Below, one piece after another: positions 28,442 to 37,019 of a stretch of DNA of 64,000 nucleotides. Numbering within the stretch: the first letter of the stretch is position 1; every line of letters starts with the position of its first letter. A model generated the notes under the pieces. The model saw only the letters and a program-made list of their open reading frames with translations. It was not told the DNA's origin and did no database searches. Where the stretch lies: positions 1 through 64,000 of the forward strand of contig JBBRCZ010000002.1 in assembly GCA_038204425.1 (NCBI GenBank). The letters are read 5' to 3'. Origin of the DNA: Spirochaetia bacterium. GTDB taxonomy: Bacteria > Spirochaetota > Spirochaetia > DSM-27196 > Salinispiraceae. The translations under genes and the position numbers were made by a program.

Positions 28442-29848
28442 CTAAAGGCGATGAACGGTAAAGCTCAAGTCGGTATAATTGGCAGATAGTTCGTTGTCAG
28501 TTGCCGGGACAAAAGTGGTCTTGTAGTCGATTTTGAGGGCGCTTTTTTGGTCAGCTGACACAAAACCAAAGCCCTGTAGTTTACCTGCACTCAGGCCAGA
28601 GAGAGCTAAGGCTGGTTCGTAGCCAGATTGAATTATGCCGTGCTGTTTGAGTACTGCCTTAAACCCAGAATGCTCAAACGCCAAGGCGTTCTCGTCCACT
28701 TCGTCGCCACCATCCAAAATACCTCGGTTGTAAAGTTCTGCAAAGCTAAAACGACCATCATGAATCTTAGTCTTTTTGTTTACGTCAAATATTTCTAGCC
28801 TGATGTCGGGCGCGGGCAGCATGGGGTCAAAGCTGTATTCAACGCGAGCAACAGCAAACTTGCCGTTGTTTGACCATCCAATCGGAAAGATTGGCTGGCT
28901 AAGTTCACTATCGGCGGGTTGTTCAAAAACTAGTTGGGTCAGATTTTCTATCAAGATGCGCGTTGGCAAGGTATAATCTTTGAGAGCGACTGCTTGGCTA
29001 GATGCCAGTATGTACTTGCCTGTGACGTAGCGGTAGCGGTCAGTTCGACCTGCTGGTACGATGGCCTCTTTGTAGCCAAAGTCATCCACTTGCCTAGTTC
29101 CTGTGAAGCTGATCAAGAGATCGGGGTAGCTTTTGCCAGTCACTTTATCCAGCTCAAGTCGCGAATCATACTCATAGGCTCGGTGTGGACTGTCTTCGTC
29201 AACGTTGCCCAAATTGCTGTCAAAAGCTTGGTAGCTTAAAATACTGCTAAGGCCTTTGCTGTCCAATACGGCAAGCTCGTTATAAGTCTGGACAAAACCC
29301 ATCTGGGTAAGGCCGCTTGATTTAAGCAGTGCGTCATCGCCAGTTGTAAGGCTCAGTTTGCTAAACTCAGGAGCTTGGCCGTAGGAGCCTTCTATAGCGT
29401 AGAAGCGACCTTGTCTTAGAACTATTTTTTGGGCGTTATCACAAAAAAACCAACTCATGGCGACGCCAATTGTTGGTGATGCGAGTTCCAAACTCGGGCT
29501 GCTTGTCGACACCAAGACCAGATAGCCGGCCTTGCCTTCGCTCTTCCAACTAAACCATGCCGCAATATGGGACTCGATGTTGGTACTATCTTTAACACCC
29601 AAAAGTGCCGACTCGATGACGCCACGTTGGGCTTGTGGTAAGCGCGCATAAGAAATACTCGCTTTTTTGGTAGCGGCATCATAGCTGCCAAAGTTAGATA
29701 GAACTAGTTTGCTAAGGCCATCAGGCGCCGCGTCCTGCTCCTGAGCGGCCAGTGGATAAAGCAGTAAAGTAAAGAATATCAGTACCAAAAAATTTACAAA
29801 AATACGTGGGTGTGAGTTTCGCACCAAGATTCTCCTTGCCACAAGCAA
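28442..29848 (-). CDS. Secreted hypothetical protein
   Basis: Long ORF with signal peptide ending YPLAA-Q; FPIGWSNNGKFA segment; start uncertain. Confidence 0.65.
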   Translation of the reverse strand: MLVARRILVRNSHPRIFVNFLVLIFFTLLLYPLAAQEQDAAPDGLSKLVLSNFGSYDAATKKASISYARLPQAQRGVIESALLGVKDSTNIESHIAAWFSWKSEGKAGYLVLVSTSSPSLELASPTIGVAMSWFFCDNAQKIVLRQGRFYAIEGSYGQAPEFSKLSLTTGDDALLKSSGLTQMGFVQTYNELAVLDSKGLSSILSYQAFDSNLGNVDEDSPHRAYEYDSRLELDKVTGKSYPDLLISFTGTRQVDDFGYKEAIVPAGRTDRYRYVTGKYILASSQAVALKDYTLPTRILIENLTQLVFEQPADSELSQPIFPIGWSNNGKFAVARVEYSFDPMLPAPDIRLEIFDVNKKTKIHDGRFSFAELYNRGILDGGDEVDENALAFEHSGFKAVLKQHGIIQSGYEPALALSGLSAGKLQGFGFVSADQKSALKIDYKTTFVPATDNELSANYTDLSFTVHRL

Positions 29849-29990
29849 AGGGCCAAGCCATCCCTCGTGCTATTGTTGACTAAATTAGTTTAGGTCAAGT
29901 GCAAAGAATTGCCAAGAGCTTGGGTAAGAATTGTAAGCATAGACTGTCTTGAGGCGATCAAAACAGTCTATTATCACTTACCGTAGCAGG

Positions 29991-30362
29991 CTAGTTAACA
30001 GAATAGGCCAAATCCCAAGATCCGTAACTAGATGAGACAACGCCATTTCGACTTGTGCCAAGGAAATCATTTTGTCCCGGCAACACGGTTATTATGACGG
30101 TACCACCAAGGTCGGTAATTACACCTGCATGTTTGGCAGCGTGGGCAACCGAAGAATCGGAAGTATAGACGTCAGTTCCCCAGACACTATATCCGCTTCC
30201 GTCGTTGAGACCAAAGTAGACAGTTAGCACGTCGCCAACCTTGGCATTTACGGAGATGCCGTCCAAGCTTGTACCCCAACCGTAGGTTGGTACGAACAGT
30301 GAGCATGAGCTAAGCGCCACTAGCACCAACACTGACAGACCGACAAGAACCAGTTTTTTCAT
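29991..30362 (-). CDS. LCCL-domain lipoprotein
   Basis: Lipobox ALSSC; VWGTDVYTSDSSVAHAAKHAGVI and SRNGVVSSSY LCCL signature; aaggag RBS. Confidence 0.85.
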   Translation of the reverse strand: MKKLVLVGLSVLVLVALSSCSLFVPTYGWGTSLDGISVNAKVGDVLTVYFGLNDGSGYSVWGTDVYTSDSSVAHAAKHAGVITDLGGTVIITVLPGQNDFLGTSRNGVVSSSYGSWDLAYSVN

Positions 30363-30599
30363 AAAAAACTCCTTTTATTTTACAACACTATACTACATGT
30401 GTTTTTTTTTGTGTGGTTTGAAAGCGGTGCTCTTTTGCTTTCGCCTTTTTTTTCGAAGGGCCAGCTCACTCTTAAAACTGGCCGAAAAATATCTGGAAAA
30501 TCTTAAAAAGAAAGGATGTCAAAAAATTGCTTGCATTTCTGCCAACGATAACCTAAGCTCGTTTTATTCACTGTAATGTGACAAAAAAAAGGAGAGAAA

Positions 30600-30914
30600 A
30601 TGAAGAGATTGTCTGTCGTTTTGGTTGCGATTCTATTGATCGCTATGGTTGCTGTATCGTGCGCTATCATTGATACCGCATTGCTCGGCAAGTGGGGAAC
30701 TGTACTTGGAAACTATGAGTTTAAGAGTGATGGTTCGCTCAATATCAACATTTTTGGTGTCGCAGTTCCTTACAAATACACTGCAAGTGCTGGAACAGGA
30801 AGTTATTGGGTAGAAGGTGCTGAAATAGTAAAAACTGAGTTTACCTACGCAATATCCGGTACGACACTGCAATTTACAACCGGTGATTATACCGTAACGC
30901 TTGAAAAGTTGTAG
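30600..30914 (+). CDS. Small beta-rich lipoprotein
   Basis: Lipobox VAVSC, LLGKW, YEFKSDG; aggag RBS; TTGCAT-17-TAAGCT promoter upstream. Confidence 0.8.
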   Translation: MKRLSVVLVAILLIAMVAVSCAIIDTALLGKWGTVLGNYEFKSDGSLNINIFGVAVPYKYTASAGTGSYWVEGAEIVKTEFTYAISGTTLQFTTGDYTVTLEKL

Positions 30915-30927
30915 TCAAAGTCTTCTC

Positions 30928-30958
30928 AAAAGCGCCTCACATTGAGTGAGGCGCTTTT
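30928..30958. terminator. Bidirectional terminator
   Basis: aaaagcgcctcac/gtgaggcgctttt perfect 13-bp stem. Confidence 0.85.
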
Positions 30959-31018
30959 GCATTGGTGCTCACCAAATTGCAATTCTTAAAACAGAAAATA
31001 ATTCACGCTTTTGCGCAT

Positions 31019-32419
31019 CTATTTTGCGATGGCCGCTATTGCAGCCGCATGCTTGTTCCGCAAACTGTCATATAGTGCTTCATCATAGCCCGCGCCCTCA
31101 AGGCTGCGCTTAGAAAACAGTAGCTCTATTTCTTGCTCGTCAAAAATGGCTTCTGCTTGCACTTGCTCTTTGAGACTACATTGGTTTGTCTTGGCGCGGG
31201 CGATCAAAACTTCGACGCCGCGGTAACCAAACAAGGGGGTCAGAGCCAAACTGGCAGACTGACCAAACTCGACTGTTTTGGCAGCGCGTTCTTTGTTGAT
31301 CTCAAGCATAGAGATATAGTCTGATAAGAGTGGGCACAGCCCGCATAGAAGTTGCAAGCTCTCATGGCAGCTAAAAGCAATCAAAGGAAAAAAAGCATTG
31401 AGCTGCAGCTCACTTGAGGCGCACAAACGGGCAATCAAGGCGTCGTTGGCCATCACTTTTTCGGCAACCTGGATGGCAGCCTCTGCCACTACTGGGTTTA
31501 TCTTGCCTGGCATTATGGTGCTACCCTTGAGTAAGCGCGGCAAGTGTAGCAGTCCCATGCCCGAAACTGGCCCACTAGATAGCAGTCTTATGTCGGTCGC
31601 AATGCGTTTGATGCTGCCAGCCAAGACATTGACCACGCTCATCGCCTCGGCGACCGAGTCATAGTTGGACGTGGCTTCCAGCGGGTCTTCTGCTCGCGAG
31701 ACGGGATGCTTGGTCAGCTTTTGCAAATCCCTAATTACCTCAAGCACATAGCGTCTGGGTGCCCCAGCTCCGCTTCCAATAGCTGTACCGCCCAAGTTGA
31801 GCTCTTTGAGTCTTTCGCGCGCCTTAAATATTCTCCACCGATCTCGCAGCAAAACACCTGCCCATGTGGCAGGAATCCTGCCAGCATCGAGACAAATCGC
31901 GTCTTGCAACTGAGTATGACCCGGAACTATAGTGCCGGCAAAGGCTTGCTCGCGTTCCTGAGCTGCCGCTTGCAGGCCAGCAACTTGGCTTTCTAGGTTT
32001 TGCAGTTGGTCCAGCAGCATCAGGTGCAAGGCACTAGGCATAACATCATTGGTAGACTGGTGCAGATTGACATGTTGGTAGACGTCCAAGACTGGTCCTT
32101 CACGTTGGGCACTGTGTAAGGCAATGGCCTCGTTGACGTTCATATTTATAGCCGTTCCGGCCCCGCCCATAAATGCATCCAAGCCAAACCATGCTTGCAA
32201 GTCTTGGTCATTTAGGCCGTCAAAAAAGTCCAAGGCTGCAATTATGGCTGCAGATTGCGTTTGGTCTAAATGGGCCAAACGGGTATTGCACAAGCAGGCG
32301 GCCCGTTTTACCAGTAAAGTGGCGCGCACCAAGGCCAGCGGAACAGGGTAGGGAGAAATATTATACAGTTTTTTGGCTATGGCTGTCTGACTATGCTCTG
32401 GAAAAATAATATCGTCCAT
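31019..32419 (-). CDS. aspA: Aspartate ammonia-lyase/fumarase-superfamily protein
   Basis: GGAGTAINMNVNE, HQSTND, GHTQLQDA, LGGTAIG, GSTIMPGKINP; ggagag RBS favours start 32419. Confidence 0.8.
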   Translation of the reverse strand: MDDIIFPEHSQTAIAKKLYNISPYPVPLALVRATLLVKRAACLCNTRLAHLDQTQSAAIIAALDFFDGLNDQDLQAWFGLDAFMGGAGTAINMNVNEAIALHSAQREGPVLDVYQHVNLHQSTNDVMPSALHLMLLDQLQNLESQVAGLQAAAQEREQAFAGTIVPGHTQLQDAICLDAGRIPATWAGVLLRDRWRIFKARERLKELNLGGTAIGSGAGAPRRYVLEVIRDLQKLTKHPVSRAEDPLEATSNYDSVAEAMSVVNVLAGSIKRIATDIRLLSSGPVSGMGLLHLPRLLKGSTIMPGKINPVVAEAAIQVAEKVMANDALIARLCASSELQLNAFFPLIAFSCHESLQLLCGLCPLLSDYISMLEINKERAAKTVEFGQSASLALTPLFGYRGVEVLIARAKTNQCSLKEQVQAEAIFDEQEIELLFSKRSLEGAGYDEALYDSLRNKHAAAIAAIAK

Positions 32420-32463
32420 CTTAGCTCTCCCGTCATGAGTATCGTGTTTGGCCTTCTTGAGTC

Positions 32464-32742
32464 TCAAGCCTCCAAGCTGCTATGCAGGCCTGACTTTACA
32501 CTTACACCGCTAAGTCTGCCCAGTCTCCCACATAAGCTACCAAGCTCGTCTGGTCGGGCATGCACAATCAAAGTAATTACTGACAGCGAATCATTTTCTA
32601 CATGTGGTAGGCCCATTCTGCCTTGAATGAGCTCTGCGTGATCGCTCAAGATCTTTTGCACTGCTTGGGTCTGAGCCTCAAGCTTGCTGACGATTATACC
32701 CACAAAGCCATAACGTTTGGCATCGGTGCCCTCAACGCTCAT
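32464..32742 (-). CDS. TM1266-family iron-only hydrogenase putative regulator
   Basis: RYGFVGIIV, GRMGLP, SVITLIV, GRLGRLSGVSVKS; located beside hydE. Confidence 0.88.
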   Translation of the reverse strand: MSVEGTDAKRYGFVGIIVSKLEAQTQAVQKILSDHAELIQGRMGLPHVENDSLSVITLIVHARPDELGSLCGRLGRLSGVSVKSGLHSSLEA

Positions 32743-33962
32743 GGCTCTATAACTTCTTGGACCGGTATTAGCGAATCACCATATTGATTATAGGCAACGT
32801 GACGCTTGCTGCGCACCACTCGCGCCGCCAAACAATCACGGCATTCGTCAAGTTCGTCGTCTACGCAGGGTTTATTATCATAGAGTTGATACGACTCACG
32901 CACCCGACTGGGCGTCACCAAGGGCATCAGAATGTTGGCACCGTATTCCATACCCAACTCGCGACCAAATGGGTGCAGGGCTTGCAGGGCGGTAGTGGCC
33001 GCGACATTACCCTTTGGCATCATAATCCTTGTCAGCGCAATCATGGCAAGCCCCAACTCAAAGCGTGTTCGATCCGGTAACAGTACAGGGTTGGCAATGT
33101 CAGTGGCAAGGTTTTGCTGCGCAAGTAACGCGGCGCCTAGGCTAGTATCCTGATGACGGATGTATGGTCCCATGCCAACCATCTGAACTCTTTCGTCAAA
33201 AAAGAAGTGTAAGTCGTTAACCAAGTCAAGCGCAGTTTGGCCTGGCAGTCCAATCATCACGCCAGTGCCAACTTGGAAGCCGAGCGCCTTGAGCAAACGC
33301 AGATTGTCTATCCTGTCGCTAAGACTACCATCACTAGCAGGATGCAGTTCTTGATAAAGGCGTGCATTGGAAGTTTCTATGCGTAAAAGATAGCGGTGCG
33401 CACCAGCTTTTTTAAAGCGCTGCAAGGCTTGGCTGTCTTGTTCGCCCACACATAAGGTTATACCTAAACCTTGTGGCAAATTGGGTCTGCAGCTGACTTC
33501 TTTAATGCGAACAATTGCAGCTTCCACAAGGTCCACAAAAGCAGGGTCACGCCGTTCGCCAGACTGCAAAGTTAAGGAACCATAGCCATTGTCGGCACAC
33601 CAGCTTGCGGTTTGGCAAATTTCTTCTAATGACAGGGTAAAACGTTCCACCTTTTTGTTGGCAGCCTGGATGCCGCAGTAGCTGCAGTTGCGCACACAGA
33701 GGTTGCTAAATTCTAGCAGTCCCCGGTAATAGACATCCAAGCCGCGCTGCTCGGCCAAGACGGTGCTTGCTCGTTTTTTGAGCGCTGCCAAAAGTTGGTT
33801 GCGCGGGCCCAAGAGAGCGTCGTCAGTTTGCGACAAGAGCCAAAGGATGCCTTGCGCAGAGTTCGAGTCATGGCGACTGGCTGGGCTAACGCTGGTAATG
33901 TAGTCAAGCAATGCCTGCAAGGGCAGACCGCTGCTGGTGGTCATAGATAGAGGTCTCGACAA
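32739..33962 (-). CDS. hydE: [FeFe]-hydrogenase maturase HydE
   Basis: RGLLEFSNLCVRNCSYCG, LQSGE, RYLLRIET, GTGVMIGLPGQ, ATTAL, YQLYDNK. Confidence 0.93.
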   Translation of the reverse strand: MSRPLSMTTSSGLPLQALLDYITSVSPASRHDSNSAQGILWLLSQTDDALLGPRNQLLAALKKRASTVLAEQRGLDVYYRGLLEFSNLCVRNCSYCGIQAANKKVERFTLSLEEICQTASWCADNGYGSLTLQSGERRDPAFVDLVEAAIVRIKEVSCRPNLPQGLGITLCVGEQDSQALQRFKKAGAHRYLLRIETSNARLYQELHPASDGSLSDRIDNLRLLKALGFQVGTGVMIGLPGQTALDLVNDLHFFFDERVQMVGMGPYIRHQDTSLGAALLAQQNLATDIANPVLLPDRTRFELGLAMIALTRIMMPKGNVAATTALQALHPFGRELGMEYGANILMPLVTPSRVRESYQLYDNKPCVDDELDECRDCLAARVVRSKRHVAYNQYGDSLIPVQEVIEP

Positions 33963-35578
33963 CCGTGGATTGTTTTTTGATACATCGGTTCAAACTTGGG
34001 CATAAACTGCGGTAGTTTGTTTTTGGCCTCGGCAAACTCGCGTTGAATAAGGGCCTCACACTTGGCTTTGACTGCATCTGAGGCAAAATCATCAACCCAT
34101 TCTCTAAAGGTTATGATGGCGTTTAGCTTGCAAAGACTGCCTTCAGTGCAGTCGCGTAACATACGCATGATACGATCGCCGGTGCGGCCAACCCGATAAC
34201 CAGCGGTACAAAAGCTGGTTATGTGGCCCATGTCGGCCAGCTCACCAATCAGTTCTTCTAAGCTTCGGTTGTCGCCCAACAAAAATTGTTGCTTTTCAAT
34301 ATCTTGTTCTCCAGCGCCGCGACGTTCAGAATAGGCACCAAGGCCAATCCTAGTGGAAGCGTCCATCTGGGTAATGCCACGGCCGACGGCTGCATTGCGG
34401 ATTGCTGCGCTTTCGCGGGCGGTGCAGATTAAACCGGTGTAGGGAACACAGAGGCGCAAGAGTGTAATGATGCGCAAGAAAGTCTGATCGTCAACTTGCC
34501 AGGTTTTGTCCTCAAGTTCGGGAGCGTTGGATGCCGGTTCTAGCCTAGGGAAGCTGATAGTATGGGCACCAATACCGTTGTAGCGTTTTTCTAGTTCGCG
34601 CGAGTGGCTGATCAGGCCCAAGACTTCGTAACGCCAGTCGTAAAGTCCAAACAAGGCGCCGATGCCCACGTCATCAATGCCAGCGTCCATCGCACGATGC
34701 ATGCAGTACAAGCGCCAACGATAGTCGCCCTTGAGCGTGCCCTTAGGGTGGACGCGTTCAAAAGTGGGGCGGTGGTAGGTTTCTTGAAAGACTTGGTAGG
34801 TGCCCATGCCCACTTCTTTTAGCTGGCTTAGTCGTTCGATACTCATCGGTGCCGCATTGACGTTGACGCGCCTAATGTTGGCGTGACCCTTGCGAGTCGG
34901 AACTTGGACAGAATAGATAGTGTCGATGGCATTGACCATGTAGTTTACGTCGCTGTCGGGGTGTTCGCCAAAGACAACTACTAGACGCTTGTGGCCAAAG
35001 TCTCTGGTTAAGGCTTGGGTCTCGCGTCGTACTTCGTCGAGGCCCACTCGACGCCTGAGCATGCCGCTGTTCTCTTGCCTAAAACCGCAATAGGTACACG
35101 AGTTAACGCATCGATTGCTCAAATACAAAGGTGCAAAGGTCACAATCCGGTTGTCGTAGACTTTCTTCTTTATTGCAAAAGCTGTCTGTTTCATTTCTTC
35201 CCAAGTGTCTGGATTGCGAACACTCATCAATACACTGGCTTCTGCTAGGTCAAGACTCTTGATGTTTTTTGATTTTTCGAGAATCTCACGCACACGTTCT
35301 ATACTTGGTTCGGTTTGTCCACTTCCATCAAGGTTGCTAATCCAAGCTTGGTCGATGCCACTTACCAATGACTCAAGTAGTGGATGGTCAATAAAGTCTC
35401 CGCCTTTTTCGTCCAAGTACCGGTCAATCTGATCTTGTTTAATGATTGTTTTTACCCAGTCACGCGCCTTGACTGTGCCTTCAGCAATGAGCGGTGGCGT
35501 AATGTGTTCTGCAATGTTTTGGTTGTCAACTGCAGCGCGGGCAGTTGAGCTGGCCTTATTGGTGATAGGTTCTTGCAT
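33941..35578 (-). CDS. hydG: [FeFe]-hydrogenase maturase HydG
   Basis: FAPLYLSNRCVNSCTYCGF, FQETYH, DDVGIGALFGL, HTISFPR, C-terminal SFCTAGYR...CKLNA. Confidence 0.95.
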   Translation of the reverse strand: MQEPITNKASSTARAAVDNQNIAEHITPPLIAEGTVKARDWVKTIIKQDQIDRYLDEKGGDFIDHPLLESLVSGIDQAWISNLDGSGQTEPSIERVREILEKSKNIKSLDLAEASVLMSVRNPDTWEEMKQTAFAIKKKVYDNRIVTFAPLYLSNRCVNSCTYCGFRQENSGMLRRRVGLDEVRRETQALTRDFGHKRLVVVFGEHPDSDVNYMVNAIDTIYSVQVPTRKGHANIRRVNVNAAPMSIERLSQLKEVGMGTYQVFQETYHRPTFERVHPKGTLKGDYRWRLYCMHRAMDAGIDDVGIGALFGLYDWRYEVLGLISHSRELEKRYNGIGAHTISFPRLEPASNAPELEDKTWQVDDQTFLRIITLLRLCVPYTGLICTARESAAIRNAAVGRGITQMDASTRIGLGAYSERRGAGEQDIEKQQFLLGDNRSLEELIGELADMGHITSFCTAGYRVGRTGDRIMRMLRDCTEGSLCKLNAIITFREWVDDFASDAVKAKCEALIQREFAEAKNKLPQFMPKFEPMYQKTIHGCRDLYL

Positions 35579-35751
35579 AATAGACTCCTTGTGTCATTGG
35601 TGCATGGGCTGAACACAAGCGAGAAGCGTGGCAGGTTTCTTGGTCCTCAGAGCCTAGGCGCTTTGGATTAGGATGTGTTCTTTACTTTTCTGCTAGCCTT
35701 GGCTTACAGATCAGATACCGTAATACTAAACCTGCCAAATGACTCAGTCAA
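35579..35751 (-). promoter_or_regulatory. hydG promoter and structured leader
   Basis: TTGACT (35751-35746), 17-nt spacer, TAGTAT (35728-35723); ~135-nt leader with hairpin and alternative pairings over the AAGGAG SD. Confidence 0.6.
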
Positions 35752-35861
35752 TAAAAATTTATAGATTGGAACGACATTTGCGTAAAAAACAAGCAAGGCT
35801 TGATTTAGGTCAATTGAGGTGCCGCTTGACCATATTAGACGATTGGCACTTAATAATAGGT

Positions 35862-36830
35862 ATGATTCTTAAGAAGATAACTTGGTGCTGCATTGCACTC
35901 TCGATTATGTTTCTCTTTTCCTGCGAGCAGCTTGTTGTCACGACAAGCACAAGCATTGTCACGACAAGCTCAACGGTCAAGCTCAGTTCTTACCAATTGA
36001 GTGAGCAAGCGGCTGGGATTACTGATGCCAAACCATATCAGTACTTTTTGTACTCTCCAGACACTTATAGCAACAGCACCTATCCGTTGATCATTTTTCT
36101 ACATGGAGCTGGTGAGAGGGGTGATCCACTTCTAAACAAAGTCATTAACCACGGCCCACTCAAGCCATTTTTCACTATCGGGCATACTCGCGAGCAGATA
36201 CTTGACGTCACCAGTGGTGAGTTTAACAATCTCAATGATAAGGTGCGTGGCAGCTTTGTGGTGGCGCCGCAATGCAGAAACATAGGTGGAAGCAACTGGT
36301 GGCAGCCCGCCAAACTCAAAGTATTGCTCGACGACTTACTTGCGCAATATCCAACAATTGACCAAAAGCGTATTTATATAACCGGGCTTAGCATGGGAGG
36401 TGGGGGTAGCTGGGATTTTGCGCGCCTCAATCCGGGCTATATTGCTGCTCTTATGCCTATTTGTGGAGCGGCGTCTGTGGGACACGCCAACTTGCTCGGC
36501 ATACCAACCTGGACTTTCCACAGTTTTGGAGACGGGACCGTTGGCCTAATGGGCAATACCGTCGAGATCATCGATGAGAGTACGCCAGGAGACATTTCGG
36601 TTATGTCTGACTACCCTCATGTGAGCGGAAACACTAACAACGCCGCCGTCAGCACACAAACGCGCACTTGGTCCAGCGGCACAGGGTTCTCCAGTTGGAC
36701 AAATGGAACCGGCCCTGCAAGCGGACGAATAAATTTAACCGTTTACACCGATAGTAGTCATGATTCCTGGACGCGTAGCTATAGCAACGGTGATGTCTGG
36801 GATTGGTTGTTTTCGCACACTAAACCGTAG
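35862..36830 (+). CDS. Alpha/beta-hydrolase lipoprotein (predicted esterase or peptidase)
   Basis: Lipobox LFSC, Thr-rich linker, PLIIFLHGAGERG, RIYITGLSMGG nucleophile, HDSW; start 35862 preferred over 35739. Confidence 0.85.
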   Translation: MILKKITWCCIALSIMFLFSCEQLVVTTSTSIVTTSSTVKLSSYQLSEQAAGITDAKPYQYFLYSPDTYSNSTYPLIIFLHGAGERGDPLLNKVINHGPLKPFFTIGHTREQILDVTSGEFNNLNDKVRGSFVVAPQCRNIGGSNWWQPAKLKVLLDDLLAQYPTIDQKRIYITGLSMGGGGSWDFARLNPGYIAALMPICGAASVGHANLLGIPTWTFHSFGDGTVGLMGNTVEIIDESTPGDISVMSDYPHVSGNTNNAAVSTQTRTWSSGTGFSSWTNGTGPASGRINLTVYTDSSHDSWTRSYSNGDVWDWLFSHTKP

Positions 36831-37019
36831 TAGTTGCTAGTTTTCGTTGATTGCGATTCTTAATCATTGATAAAGTAATGGAATAGATTGGAGAAAATGG
36901 TACTATAGTTAGGTGTGGGTATGCGGAATTCGTATGCCAAGCACCGGTTTGAAGGAGGTTGAGAAGAGATCCCGGCGCGCTATTTATAAAGTATTTAAAA
37001 ATAAAACAGGAGGTCTACC

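Noticed and set aside
36902..36960. Hairpin upstream of the beta-helix gene as a riboswitch
   Set aside because: Single imperfect stem with no recognisable aptamer consensus or alternative structure.
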